Positions 13,020 through 27,464 of a DNA stretch of 64,000 nucleotides are shown one piece after another. The DNA is taken from positions 22,072,001-22,136,000 of the forward strand of contig OZ024748.1 of the NCBI GenBank assembly GCA_964016885.1, given 5' to 3'. A program made the translations under genes and the position numbers. The DNA is from Eledone cirrhosa (taxonomy: Eukaryota). Position 1 is the first letter of the stretch; each line of letters starts with the position of its first letter. The notes below the pieces were generated by a model. The model did no database searches. It was not told where the DNA came from and saw nothing but the letters and a program-made list of their open reading frames with translations.

Positions 13020-13663
13020 AAGGGTCGGATGCCATGCTTTGCAACATAGAGTTATTGACCTTTACGGCCTGAGTTAAAATCCCTCTGAGGTTAACTTTGC
13101 CTTTCGTCCTTACGGAATCGATAAAATAAAGTACCAGTAATGCACTGGGGGTAATTGCTGGCCTTGTGCCAAAAGTAGAAACTATAATAATTACTCCAAT
13201 ACTTCACACACACACACATAATTACAAACATATATATTCCCTCTGGTACAGCGACTCCCAAAGTAGACGACACGGAATCCAGTGTCCTTTAATAAAATTC
13301 AACAAAAAAATATCTACATTTCTATGAGTACATGATATATTCTCCCTATAAAATCTTTATCTCGATGGGATTTGAACTCAGACCGTAAACGGATGTAACT
13401 AAGCTAGAAAGGATGGCGTCACCCCCCCCTCTACCGATACTGCCAATTTACCGCCCTGTAGATAACTATAATAATTGTTTCTACTTTAGGCACAAGGCCA
13501 GCAATTATTCCAGTGCATTACTGGTACTTTATTTTATCGACTCCGTAAGGATGAAAGGCAAAGTCAACCTCGGCGGGATTTGAACTCAGATCGTAAAGGG
13601 ACGTAACTATGCTGGAAAGCAGGGCGTCCGACCCTCTACCGATACTGCCAATCCACCGCCCTT
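13020..13663. mobile_element. SINE family A cluster: 13020-13185 (+), 13360-13457 (-), 13472-13663 (-)
   Basis: Consensus matches. Confidence 0.85.
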
Positions 13664-14177
13664 GTAGATAACTATAATAATAGTTGATAAATGTAAATCG
13701 TTTAAAAAAGTCGGGTAAAATACCCCTGTCAACCTATTATCGATGTCTTATTAAACTTATAGTAGTGGGGATTCCACAATTTTGGAAAAAACGGAATAAG
13801 GGGTCCCACGATATTTGGAAAATCGTTTAAATGGTTCCACATCAAAATAAGTTTGGAAATTCCTGATTTAGACTCATAATTGAAATTGTTGAAACATCTG
13901 GCGTCTTGTTTAAGAGAGGAGTTCGATTCCATGTAAACCACCCACTGTTATTTTTCGGTATGTCTACACCTCTTTAGTAAGTTTAGTATCTCTCTATATA
14001 TTGAAACACACACACACACACACACACACGCGCATGTGCAAAGAGAGAGAGGGGAGGGGTTCATCTGCGCATTTGTACGAACATGCAAGCAATAATACAG
14101 ATACAAATATGTATATGGTCTGTGTATATACATGTAAATATATTTGCGTGTGTGTGTGTGTGTGTGTGTGAGTGTGA

Positions 14178-14216
<39 letters not shown>

Positions 14217-14221
14217 TGTGA

Positions 14222-14291
<70 letters not shown>

Positions 14292-14870
14292 ATATACACG
14301 TAGAGATATGTCTATCTGTGTGTAACTGTATAGATAAATAAATGTCTATGTATGTGTAAGTATCTGTATAAATATTTATCTCCATATATGGTCTATTTGG
14401 GAGGCCGGGTTAGACTGTTAATAGAAAAATTGATAATTCGCGATAAAATCTGTTATTTTCACTTGTCTATCTATTGCAATTTAAGCCAATATTTCCACTG
14501 GTTTATCGATTAGTATTTAAGCCAATATTTGGCACGGAATCAAATTTTCCAACCAATCAGTCCTTCAAAAGCAAACAAACAATCGGATTCCAGATGTGTA
14601 AATATTCACATCGACAGAATGACATCACATCTGCAGCGTGGTGAGTAATCACATCTCTCTTTTCTGAAATATATTCTGATATCTCATCTATAGCGTCACA
14701 TTACATGTATATTGTGACATTACACGTATATTGTGACATAACATATACATCGTAACAGTATCACAGCAGATATCTCTGTTGATCAACAGATTAACGTATT
14801 CTCTCTATATCTGAGTGTGGATATATATATTATATATTATATATATATATATATAAAATGTATATATGTG

Positions 14871-14952
<82 letters not shown>

Positions 14953-15160
14953 CAAATATATATATATATAAAACACATATATACATATATATATATAAAA
15001 CACACATATATATATATATATATAACACATATATATATATATAAAACACATATATATATATAAAACACATATATATATATAAAACATTTATATATATAAA
15101 ACATATATATACATTATGTATATATATATTTATATGTATATATATATAACACATATATAC

Positions 15161-15230
<70 letters not shown>

Positions 15231-15375
15231 ATGTATATATGTGTTATATATATATACATATAAATATATATATACATAATATATATGCAAAAGTTTTATT
15301 TAAAATTGTTGGGTTACAACAAGTAAATATTTTATAACTGATATAAAGCACTCGACAAGTTTTTGGAGTAGATAC

Positions 15376-15500
15376 ACGATATTAAACAAATGGAAACTAT
15401 CTGACGAAGGCATGCCATATTTTTAATATGGTATCCCTGAAATATGTATAATGAAATAAATATGGTTTTATAAATATAGTTTCCATTTGTTTAATATCGT
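15376..15500 (+). ncRNA. Hammerhead motif enclosed by a 25-bp perfect inverted repeat
   Basis: CTGACGA (15401) AGGcATGCCATAT tttta ATATGGTATcCCT GAAA T atgt A TA^ atg. Inverted repeat arms 15376-15400 and 15476-15500. Confidence 0.7.
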
Positions 15501-15522
15501 ATATACATAATGTATATATGTG

Positions 15523-15608
<86 letters not shown>

Positions 15609-15929
15609 TACATACATATATACGAACGTACATAGATAGTATAATGTGTGTGTTTATGTGTATGTGTGTTTATGTAACTAAGTAACTTAGGATGTAATAG
15701 TTCAGTAGAACTATAAAGACTTCTATAAAGCTACCTTCGGACAGGTATGGCCTTGTATCTGTACCTGGAAATATCCTCTCTAGGGAGAAGTCTATTTAAA
15801 ACTACTTTAAAGTTGACTACCACAGCTTGTTATTCTCTCAGGGTGTACTTCCATGACCTTTCTCGCAATCGACTCCCTAACGAAGCAGAAAGTCAATGAC
15901 GAGTATCTAGGCATAGAACCATCATTGTA

Positions 15930-16395
15930 GACTTGCAACCTGTATGTCTCTGGCCTACAGCTACTTATAGGGTCACAGCTCTTGTGACCCTAAACTCCGC
16001 CAGTTGCAGACTGCGCATTAACATGTGATATCTCTCTCGACAAAGTTCGATCACCAACAGCAGAATTCAAAGAGCAAAGATCAAGTCCAGTCCAAAAGTT
16101 GACATTGTCAAGTCATCGTTTTGGCTGCCGGCCTCTGCTTCTCTTACTAGCATAACCTATTCACACCACGAGTTGATCTTTTTATATGGCCGTATAGTTT
16201 GAGTACTCTTGACTTGACAATTGATGTAATTGGTCTAAGTTTGTTCATGTTGAGCAGCTCACTGATACAGATGCGGTCGCTGAGCCGCTTGCCAGTCATA
16301 AGTCTCATGATGTGGTTCTGGAATGTAGAGAGCTTCTGAAGTGACCTTGTCGTCTAATTAACACAGTCAAGACCATGTAACACAACTGGTAGGAT
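15930..16395 (-). mobile_element. RTE-clade LINE 3' fragment
   Basis: Reverse-complement homolog of 47822-48105 (FQNHIMRLMTGKRLSDRI..LYGHIKR..GKRSRG..KRWLDNV). Confidence 0.75.
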
Positions 16396-16539
16396 GGAAG
16401 TATTTCTACTTCCATGTTCCTAGTCAAATTAACGTACAACCGCTAAATAAGCAAGTTGCTGAGGGTAGCCTGGCTGAAGTTCCTTATCTCTTACTCGTTT
16501 TCCCCAACTTACATTAACCGACACCAGGGATGCAATCAC

Positions 16540-17076
<537 letters not shown>

Positions 17077-17502
17077 CCTCGCCACACGCATAATATACAC
17101 GCATGCTGCAATATATTGTAGTGTGATATAGGATGGTGTGGTGTGGTAGTGGCTATACTGTAGACATCTGCTTGGTTAAATAGGTTTTGATGTCGACTAG
17201 CTTATTCAAATATTACTAGGGCGAATACCTCGCAGGAGTTGCTCAAATACAACCGGCCAACGATCACACTACTCACCCCCTTTCTCTGTCTTTTCTCCAA
17301 CGAAAACGCCATATTGAAAGATAAATTGAAACAACTTTTCTCTTGGTTTATTTACTATTTGTTTTCCTATCTAAATACATGTTTCTCCTACCATCTTCAA
17401 TGCTCTCCACCCCCCCCTCTCTCTCTTATATATATATATATATATATATTTGTATATATATGTATATATGTATGTATATATATATATATATGTATATGTA
17501 TG

Positions 17503-17641
<139 letters not shown>

Positions 17642-17772
17642 GTATGTATATATATGTATATATATGTATGTATATATATGTATATATATGTATGTATATA
17701 TATGTATATATATGTATATATATGTATGTATATATATGTATATATATGTATGTATATATATGTATATATATG

Positions 17773-17869
<97 letters not shown>

Positions 17870-17976
17870 GTACATATGTATATATGTACATATATATATA
17901 TGTACATATGTATATATATGTACATATCTATATATATATATATATACACGCACACACATGCACAAACACACACATG

Positions 17977-18012
<36 letters not shown>

Positions 18013-18972
18013 CATATGTATATATATGTACATATGTATATATACACACACAAACACACACATCCACACACATATATATATATATGCATACATATATAAA
18101 TACACACACACACAAACACACACACACACACACGTATATATACATTATATACATACTTGTAACTTCTCTCATACATTTTTTTGCTTTCACACGTCCATGT
18201 TCTATCCCGTCTCTTTCTCTTTCTTTCTCCCCCTCCCCCTCTCTCTATCTTCCCCCCCCCTCTCTATCTTTGACAACATCAGAACACATTCAGCCATACT
18301 CAACTACCTTTATAGTGTCGCATTATTCCATCCATCCATCGTTGCTTTACCTGTCTTACAAATGTCGTCCATCTTCTCATTTCTTATTGTGAGCTATTCT
18401 ACCGAAGTCTCCCAGCCCCCATCCTCCCCATCACAGATTTTCTTTCGACATTTAACAACATTGACCATCATTCTGTTTGTCTGTCTCTCTCTTTCTCTCT
18501 GACTCACTTCTCTCAAATCAAAATTAACCATCACCACCCACCTGTCCTGCTCACGTCTGTGTGTCGCTCCTTTAAGAGGCTCATGTTTGTTAACACGAAG
18601 TCATGTCGCCGCCATGACACTTCCGGTATGTTCACACCGACATGACAAAGTTACTCCCACCGACAGCAAACACCTTGTTCATTAGTTTATTTTGCACATA
18701 AGACTACAAACTTTTGCCCCTAATTACTCTCCTGTTCCACCCCTATCATCTTTCCGTTCACCCACCGCTCTCTTCTAACTTCAACTATTACAAAAAATAA
18801 ATAAAACAAAATAAAGCAAAACACACACAAAAATCAACAAAACAATAGAAAAACAAAAATTAAAAAAATGAGTTTTCATTTCTTTCTCCTCTAATCTCTT
18901 CTTATCTTTTTCTCTTAACTTCTCAAAATCTCTCTTCCTCTCCTCACTCACATTTTCTTATCTTTTATTCGA

Positions 18973-19049
<77 letters not shown>

Positions 19050-19164
19050 TTATATATATTTGTTTCAAGACGGTGTTCTTATTTATAATTCATGGAACGT
19101 AACTAAAAGCAAGACTGAAAAGGGTATGGAACAAACAATACACCTTTGATAATATTGGTACAGG

Positions 19165-20185
19165 AGAAAGTGTCACAAACATGTGGCGTCCCACATTAGA
19201 TTGATTCAGGTGAAAGTGACCCAGCCCGTGGCGTCCCACATTAAATTGACACCAAAGAAAGTGTCCCAGCTCGTGACGGCCCTCATAAAATTGATACTAA
19301 AGAAAGTGTCCCAGCTCGTGACGGCCCTCATAAAATTGACACTAAAGAAAGGGTCCCAGCTCGTGACGGCCCTCATAAAATTGACACTAAAGAAAGTGTC
19401 CCAGCTCGTGACGGCCCACATAAAATTGATATTAAAGAAAGTGTCCCAGTTCGTGGTGTCCCACATTATATTGACACTGAAGAAAGTGTCCCAGCTCGTG
19501 GTGTTCCACGTTATATTGACACTGAAGAAAGTGTCCCAGTTCGTGGTGCCCCACATTATATTGACACTGAAGAAAGTGTCCCAGCTCGTGGTGTCCCACA
19601 TTATATTGACACTGAAGAAAGTGTCTCAGTTCGTGGTGTCCCACATTATATTGACACTGAAGAAAGTATCCCAGTTCGTGGTGTCCCACATTATATTGAC
19701 ATTGAAGAAAGTGTCCCAGCTCGTGGTGTCCCACATTATATTGACACTGAAGAAAGTGTCCTAGCTCGTGGTGTCCCACATTATATTGACACTGAAGAAA
19801 GTGTCCCAGTTCGTGGCGTCTATATATTGACACTGGAGAAAGTGTCCCAGTTCGTGGTGTTCCACATTATATTGACACTGAAGAAAGTGTCCCAGTTCGT
19901 GGTGTCCCACATTATATTGACACTGAAGAAAGTGTCCCAGTTCGTGGTGTCCCACATTATATTGACACTGAAGAAAGTATCCCAGTTCGTGGTGTCCCAC
20001 ATTATATTGACACTGAAGAAAGTGTCCCAGTTCGTGGCGTCTATATATTGACACTGGAGAAAGTGTCCCAGTTCGTGGTGTTCCACATTATATTGACACT
20101 GAAGAAAGTGTCCCAGTTCGTGGTGTCCCACATTATATTGACACTGGAGAAAGTGTCCCAGCTCGTAGTGTCCCTGGCGTCCCAC
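19165..20185. repeat. 45-bp minisatellite, ~22 copies
   Basis: Unit ttgacactgaagaaagtgtcccagttcgtggtgtcccacattata; two shortened units. Confidence 0.95.
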
Positions 20186-21403
20186 AGAAGCGAAAAGGTA
20201 CAAATCACCGACACCGTTACGCAAATAAAATATTATAGTTATCAGACATGTGGCTTGGTTAAGGGTAGAGAACATATTAAAATATCTGTGTGTAATCTAT
20301 AATAAACTATCGTATTGACGAGGAAGCACAATTATAGATTTTGTCTAAAATATTGAATTATTGTTATATGTTCTCAATATTATCGATTCGAAATATTTTT
20401 TTATTCTGGCATTTCCATTATTTAAACTCGTAACAAAATGATTTCAACGAATAAACTCCTAAAAAAAGACCGATTCTACTTTGTGAAGGCTTGTGGCTGA
20501 GTGGTTAGATATGTGGATTCGCAATCGTGGGGTTGTGCTTTCGATTCCCAGACCGGGCGATGTGTTATGTCCTTGAGCAAGACACTGTATTTCACGTTGC
20601 TCCTTCTGTCTGGCTTTGCGACCGATAGAGAGTATTAGCATTGGAAAGACCAATGGAAACATTGTTTCCTCGGTCCGATTTGACGAGCTCCACCCCACTC
20701 GTTAAGCGAATGAGATCTGGGATCTTGTCGATCGACTGTCGACATTTTCTAAGACTTATAAAATCAATTGTATTTGGCACCTTATCTAAATATCTTATCT
20801 TCTACATTTTTTTCACACTACTGTGCAACGGCAAATCAGCAAATTTCATTCTACCTCAGATAAGTTATTTTTCCCGCTCAGACGGAATATATAGATAAAA
20901 TGTAAGCAGGGTCTGATCATGCTCTGAATTGATAGCCAGAAAAATAAACAATGTATCGTTACAAAAGACAGAAGCAACCAACGTAAAATAGATAACTGGA
21001 AGAGTAAATTAAAAGTCCTGAATAGATGATATTCTACATAGCAAGGCAAGTAAAATAATCCAGATGATAGTTTATAAATCTTTTAGACAAAATAACTAAG
21101 ATATGAACAGTATGATGATTGAATATAACGTAAACAAACAGTAAACAAACACGGTTACAACAAATCGAATGTTTAAAATAAAACAGGAAAGTAAAACATA
21201 TCTACTTGAAATATTAGATTTACGAGATATAGCCATGAAGAAAACGTGATATTTTCCAAGTGATGCTTTTGAAAGCAAACGGAAAAAATTGTATAGACCA
21301 ATAACAGTAACAACACAGTAGTTGATAAAGAAACACACAGTTTTAATAAAACTAATATCTGTCTAAATTAAATAATAACTTCTACTTTAGGCACGAAGCC
21401 AAT

Positions 21404-22041
21404 ACTTTGGCTGCCTCATGTGTCTCAAGACGTAGACTATATTGATAGATGCAACTGACCATGGTCATTGGAGCACTTTGGCTGCCTCATGTGTCTCAAG
21501 ACGTAGACTATATTGATAGATGCAACTGACCATGGTCATTGGAGCACTTTGGCTGCCTCATGTGTCTCAAGACGTAGACTATATTGATAGATGCAACTGA
21601 CCATGGTCATTGGAGCACTTTGGCTGCCTCATGTGTCTCAAGACGTAGACTATATTGATAGATGCAACTGACCATGGTCATTGGAGCACTTTGGCTGCCT
21701 CATGTGTCTCAAGACGTAGACTATATTGATAGATGCAACTGACCATGGTCATTGGAGCACTTTGGCTGCCTCATGTGTCTCAAGACGTAGACTATATTGA
21801 TAGATGCAACTGACCATGGTCATTGGAGCACTTTGGCTGCCTCATGTGTCTCAAGACGTAGACTATATTGATAGATGCAACTGACCATGGTCATTGGAGC
21901 ACTTTGGCTGCCTCATGTGTCTCAAGACGTAGACTATATTGATAGATGCAACTGACCATGGTCATTGGAGCACTTTGGCTGCCTCATGTGTCTCAAGACG
22001 TAGACTATATTGATAGATGCAACTGACCATGGTCATTGGAG
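21404..22041. repeat. 71-bp tandem repeat, 9 identical copies
   Basis: Unit actttggctgcctcatgtgtctcaagacgtagactatattgatagatgcaactgaccatggtcattggagc. Confidence 0.97.
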
Positions 22042-23342
22042 GCTCATATGTCTTAAGACGCGGGGACCTCTATGTCTAAGTCTTCCCATTGCATTATAAT
22101 ATCTGGTCTTAGACATATTGTAAATGACTTTTGGAAGTGAAAAATTCTTGGCATTAACACCAATGAAAACGTCCAGGGGTTGTCGTTTGATGCACTGCTA
22201 GGTAACAACTATCTTCAACGCTTTCTTAAATACCCCCGAACCAAGGTATACGTAGCTCCTTGCCAACAAGACAATATTATTCAACAGATGAATCGTATAA
22301 CTACCTCTCCAGCAATTGTCTGTCATTAATCTTTAAGCAACTCCTCAAAATATTGTCCAAAAGAATTATCGAGTATTTACAAAAAAAAAAAAAAATAACA
22401 ACAAAAAAAGACAAAAAAGACAAACAAAACAAATACAAATAATATCGATCACGTCCCAGAAAATTGGTATACTAGGTTATATCAATATTGATAGGGCATT
22501 CTCACACGTCTTTTGCTGACCATTCGTTTCACAAGTAGTACCAAATTCTTGTTTTCAGATGTCGTACATTGCCTTTTCCAGTTACCTTTTCTAATTTACT
22601 GATTATCTCCCTTTCAAGTCTATTGTTTTCTATCGATATCTCGTTGCTATATCTTACCATTTCTAATTACTCTCTTCAGAGAGAGCGAGAGAGAGAGAGA
22701 GCGAGAGAGAGAGAGGGAGAGAGACCCACCATTGATTATTGACCTGCTCCACCCCCCACTCCACTCCGTCCACGGCTTCCCCTTAATTAATTCCGTCGCT
22801 GTAGGTTTTCTGCGCCGGGAACGACTCATTCATCTTCCAGTAGCTGGTTTTTCCACAGAGCCCCGCTAGAAACGTCAGTTAATAACAACAACAACAACGA
22901 CGACGACAACAACGACAACAACAACAACAACAGCACAAAACATAACAAAAACTAAAAACAAAGCGACAACAACAACGATAATAACGACATTGCAATGAAT
23001 ATTTATATTCATATAAATTTTATTAGAGACCTTTCAATATCTCTTTATCCTTTGCATTCTAAAAGACTCCAGTCTGAAAGAATCAATTTGAAAGTTGTAT
23101 GAATAAACCCCGCCCATTATTCATAAGTATCAGTGTATGGCAAAAAAGAAAAGAAAAGGAAAAGAAAAAGAAAACAAAGAAAGAAAAATAAAACTCCCGA
23201 CAGTGTTACCAACAATAACTATATGTGTAGGGTCCATTGACAGTTATGTTAGTGGCAAATGATGGCTGGAATAAAAAATATATATATATAGAGAGAGAGA
23301 GTGTGAGAGAGAGAGTGTGTGTGAGAGAGAGAGAGAGAGGGG

Positions 23343-23418
<76 letters not shown>

Positions 23419-23453
23419 TTATATATATATTTATATATATATATTTATATATT

Positions 23454-23486
<33 letters not shown>

Positions 23487-23536
23487 ATATATATTACATA
23501 TATATATATTATATATATACACACATACATACATAC

Positions 23537-23636
<100 letters not shown>

Positions 23637-24028
23637 AATATATAACGGGAAGCATCGTATGGTTTTTCAATCTTTAAGTCAATGTTACAAATCTACGGCA
23701 AACTTTGACAAAAGATCGCCAGGCTTAACATCTAAACAGACGCTCGCACATGAAGCGCCCAAGTCACCTTGAAGGCAAATAATGTTTAGATATAGTCAGT
23801 TGACAGATCAGTTGGCCTGAAAAGCCGGCGATTATCTTCTAGTCGCGTCTTTTTTTTATTATATTTTACCTCTTGTTCGCTATATAACAAAAATGATGCT
23901 TATATATATATATATATCCCCAAGTGATCAGTGAAAAAAACTTGGTACATCTACATATGTATACGTGTGTGTATTCATATACATACTAGTATTTCAGTAT
24001 ACATATATGGATGTACATCTTTGACTTA

Positions 24029-24068
<40 letters not shown>

Positions 24069-24105
24069 TCTCTCTCTCTATATATATATATATATACACA
24101 CACAC

Positions 24106-24171
<66 letters not shown>

Positions 24172-24338
24172 TGTGTGTGTATAAATGTATGTATATATAT
24201 ATAATGTGTGTGTGTGTGTGTCTAAGAGAAGATATGTATATATATATATATATATATATGAACGTAAGAACACATGTACACATATTTAAAGACACACACA
24301 CACAAACATACGCACATATATATAATGGAACGGGGTAG

Positions 24339-24375
<37 letters not shown>

Positions 24376-24407
24376 TAGGGAACGAGATAGATAAATAGAT
24401 AGATAGG

Positions 24408-24470
<63 letters not shown>

Positions 24471-24896
24471 AGAGAGAAGAGGTGTAGGTAATGTGATAGA
24501 CGTTTATTTTATTGTATTTCTTAATAAGACCTTAATCCTCTGCATGGTTACGATGGTATAAAGAGAAGAATTGGCCAGATTTACTTAGAAACTTTTCTCG
24601 CGCCGCTTTTAATCGCCGGGTTTAGCTAATGCACTAGTTTCACATCTCCTAAGCTAATGGAGATTTCTAAAGATCATTGAAGTCTTTGTAGTGTGGTTCC
24701 ACAATGGCAGACTGGACTATGTTGACAGTGAATGTAATGTCTAATGTCTGATGTCTACTATTGCAATGGTGATACTAGTAAGAAAGTCTAAAAGTGAATA
24801 TGAGTAATACGAATATTTGGTCGGTAAATACGAGCAACAATTGTCAGAATCGTCGATGTCAGATGAGGTTATGTCTCTTAAGAGAACGCCATGTTT

Positions 24897-25104
24897 TTGT
24901 CTTAAGAAATAGATATATTTCTTTATTAGCCACAAGGGCGCACAAGAAAAGGGGACAAAACAAAGACACATGCCGGGGTTTTTACATACAATTGTCTTAA
25001 GAAATAGATATATTTCTTTATTAGCCACATGGGCGCACAAGAAAAGGGGACAAAACAAAGACACATGCCGGGGTTTTTACATACAATTGTCTTAAGAAAT
25101 AGAT
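24897..25104. repeat. ~95-bp tandem duplication, LINE-3'-end-like on the minus strand
   Basis: ttgtcttaagaaatagata...ttacatacaa occurs twice; the minus strand ends cccttgtggctaataaagaaa. Confidence 0.75.
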
Positions 25105-25372
25105 AAATAGATAAACAGATAATTGTCGCGCCATGAGTGGGACAAGAGCATTGGAGCTCTGTGATATTAAAGAATACGCACAAATATATGTACACACACA
25201 CACATATATGTACACACACACACACACACACAAATATATGTACACACACATACATATATGTACTCACACACTTACTCACAAAATATATGTACACACATAC
25301 ATATGTTTGTGTGTGTGTGTATACATATGTATACAAACATAGGTGCACAGATACAAACACACACACACATGT

Positions 25373-25410
<38 letters not shown>

Positions 25411-25773
25411 GTACACACACACACAAATGTATATGCAATTTCATACACAAACATATGTATACACACACACACACACACACATACACACACAGGGACACAG
25501 ACATACATATGTATATGCATTTTCATAAACAAACATATGTACACACATACACACATATATGTATATGCATTTTCATACACAAACATAGGTACACAGATAC
25601 AAACACACACACACACACATGTGCACCACACACACACACACACACACGCACACACACACACACACACAGGGACACAGACATGCATACGTATATGCATTTT
25701 CATAAACAAACATATGTACACACATACACACATATATGTATATGCATTTTCATACACAAACATAGGTACACAG

Positions 25774-25845
<72 letters not shown>

Positions 25846-26009
25846 GTGTATATATATGTGTGTAGAGAGAGAGATGCTACTAGTTATCAACAAGATGACC
25901 ATTACTCAACAACTTAGTACTTCTTATTTAAGGATACCTGTGTAGATATTAGTTAGGATATAATCTCCGATGGTCAAACTGAAATCAAAATGTATGCATT
26001 CATGTATAT

Positions 26010-26071
<62 letters not shown>

Positions 26072-26079
<8 letters not shown>

Positions 26080-26412
26080 AGATCAAAAGATGGTTAAAGG
26101 AGTTCCATGTATTTTATTATGCGCATTTCAAAAACAAACATCATCATGCAATAATATTTGTGTTTTCATCAGATAAAACAGGAGAACATGATATGAAGGC
26201 TAAAAAACACTTGTGGATAGTGCAGTTTTAAATCAACATATTATTATTGCATGATGATGTTTGTTTTTGAAATGCGCATAATAAAATACATGGAACTCCT
26301 TTAACCATCTTTTGATCTTATATTATGTATACTCCAGTCCTACAAACTGTAGAGTGCTTCTTATCCGATATCTGCATTGCTTTATTGTACTACAATAAAA
26401 CTCACCTCCTAC
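26072..26412. mobile_element. (TA)n-embedded fold-back element with 85-bp arms
   Basis: Arms 26072-26156 and 26242-26326; the complete HHR overlaps the left arm. Confidence 0.8.
26112..26178 (-). ncRNA. Minimal type I hammerhead ribozyme, canonical core
   Basis: Minus strand: ttttat CTGATGA [16-position stem II with one mismatch and G-U pairs, loop GCAT] GAAA T gcgc A TA^ ataaaa. 6-bp stem I; palindromic stem III ATGCGCAT. Confidence 0.85.
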
Positions 26413-26436
26413 ATATATATATATATATATATATAT

Positions 26437-26785
26437 AACGAAGGAATTGTGGTAATGAACCAGATGGACCATAACGCACCAAAGTACTCAATACTTAGGG
26501 TAGTAGAGTGGACTGAATGCCCTGCTTTCGCCACTGATATGTATGTATGTCTGTACATATATAAGTGTGTATATATGTATGTCTATACGCAGAAAAAGTA
26601 TGACCCCGACGGCAGAGCTCAAGCCGTTTCGACGGCTATTTCTGGACTAAATAAGAATTTTTTAGCCTGGTAAATAAATAGCCGAACTTCTCAGGGGGGT
26701 ATTTCCTTATATGGGAAGATAGTAATTGTCAAGAAATAGCCGTCGAAACGGCTTGAGCTCTGCCGTCGGGCTCATACTTTTTCCT
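26437..26785. mobile_element. Fold-back element family A, longer copy
   Basis: Left part homologous to 929-1003; arms ~26592-26643 / 26732-26783. Confidence 0.75.
26603..26699 (-). ncRNA. Type I hammerhead motif with full stem III (core CTGAGAA, probably damaged)
   Basis: Minus strand: cccc CTGAGAA gtt CGGCTATTT...AAATAGCCG tc GAAA CGGC ttgagctct GCCG TC^ gggg. Confidence 0.7.
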
Positions 26786-27079
26786 ATATATATATATATA
26801 TATATGTTTAATGGTAGCTAAGATGCTTTCATAGTCGGTTGAAACAGCAGTAATTTTGCCCACGGGGCAGTGGGTGAGTGGCAGCTGACGCCCCGACGGT
26901 CAGCGGGCTGCTACAAGTGGTCAGAATAATGATGACGTCACTAACCAGTGACCAACCCAAGGACGCGCAAAGCGGATGAAGGTGGACGATATAGGCTTGT
27001 AGGGCCAGAAAACCCCAGGAAGAGGATATGATCCGAAATCAATAGACGCGTCCGAGGAACCTGCGAGCCTAGAGTCAGG

Positions 27080-27464
27080 TAGATCCACACCACCATCATT
27101 CGTCGACTACTGTCGAGATGATGGATCTCACTCTCATGCCCCAGAATCCCCTGTCCCTCATCGCTGCCCCCAGGTCCTGTCTGCTGATTCCCGTATCCCT
27201 AGAGATAACGTCAGGGAATGACAGCCTCCTACTCCTAGTCAGGCAGATTGGATGGCACATATACCCGCCGCTTAATGAGAGTGCAAAACCTATCCTGGAA
27301 ACGACATCCCACCTTGTCTAAAATCTATGGCAAACTCCCTCGAGCCTCTGCCCTTCTAAAATCCCGGAGAGCTCAATTTGCTGGCCACTGTCACCGTGCC
27401 AGCAATGAAATCATATCCGCTCTCTTGCTCTGGAACCCTGACTCCTGCCTGACTAGATCCACAC
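27080..27464 (-). mobile_element. RTE/RTE-X-like LINE 3' insertion with 5' inversion and 11-bp target-site duplication
   Basis: Minus 27245-27096 encodes the C-terminus CLTRSRRLSFPDVISRDTG..VVDE*; plus 27246-27456 encodes the preceding LDGTYTR..FAGHCHR..LLWNPDSCLTR. TSD tagatccacac. Confidence 0.85.

Noticed and set aside
19183-20180. CTGAAGA in every 45-bp unit as tandem hammerheads; repeat ORFs
   Set aside because: No stem II followed by GAAA or NUH; the ORFs arise only because the unit length is a multiple of three.
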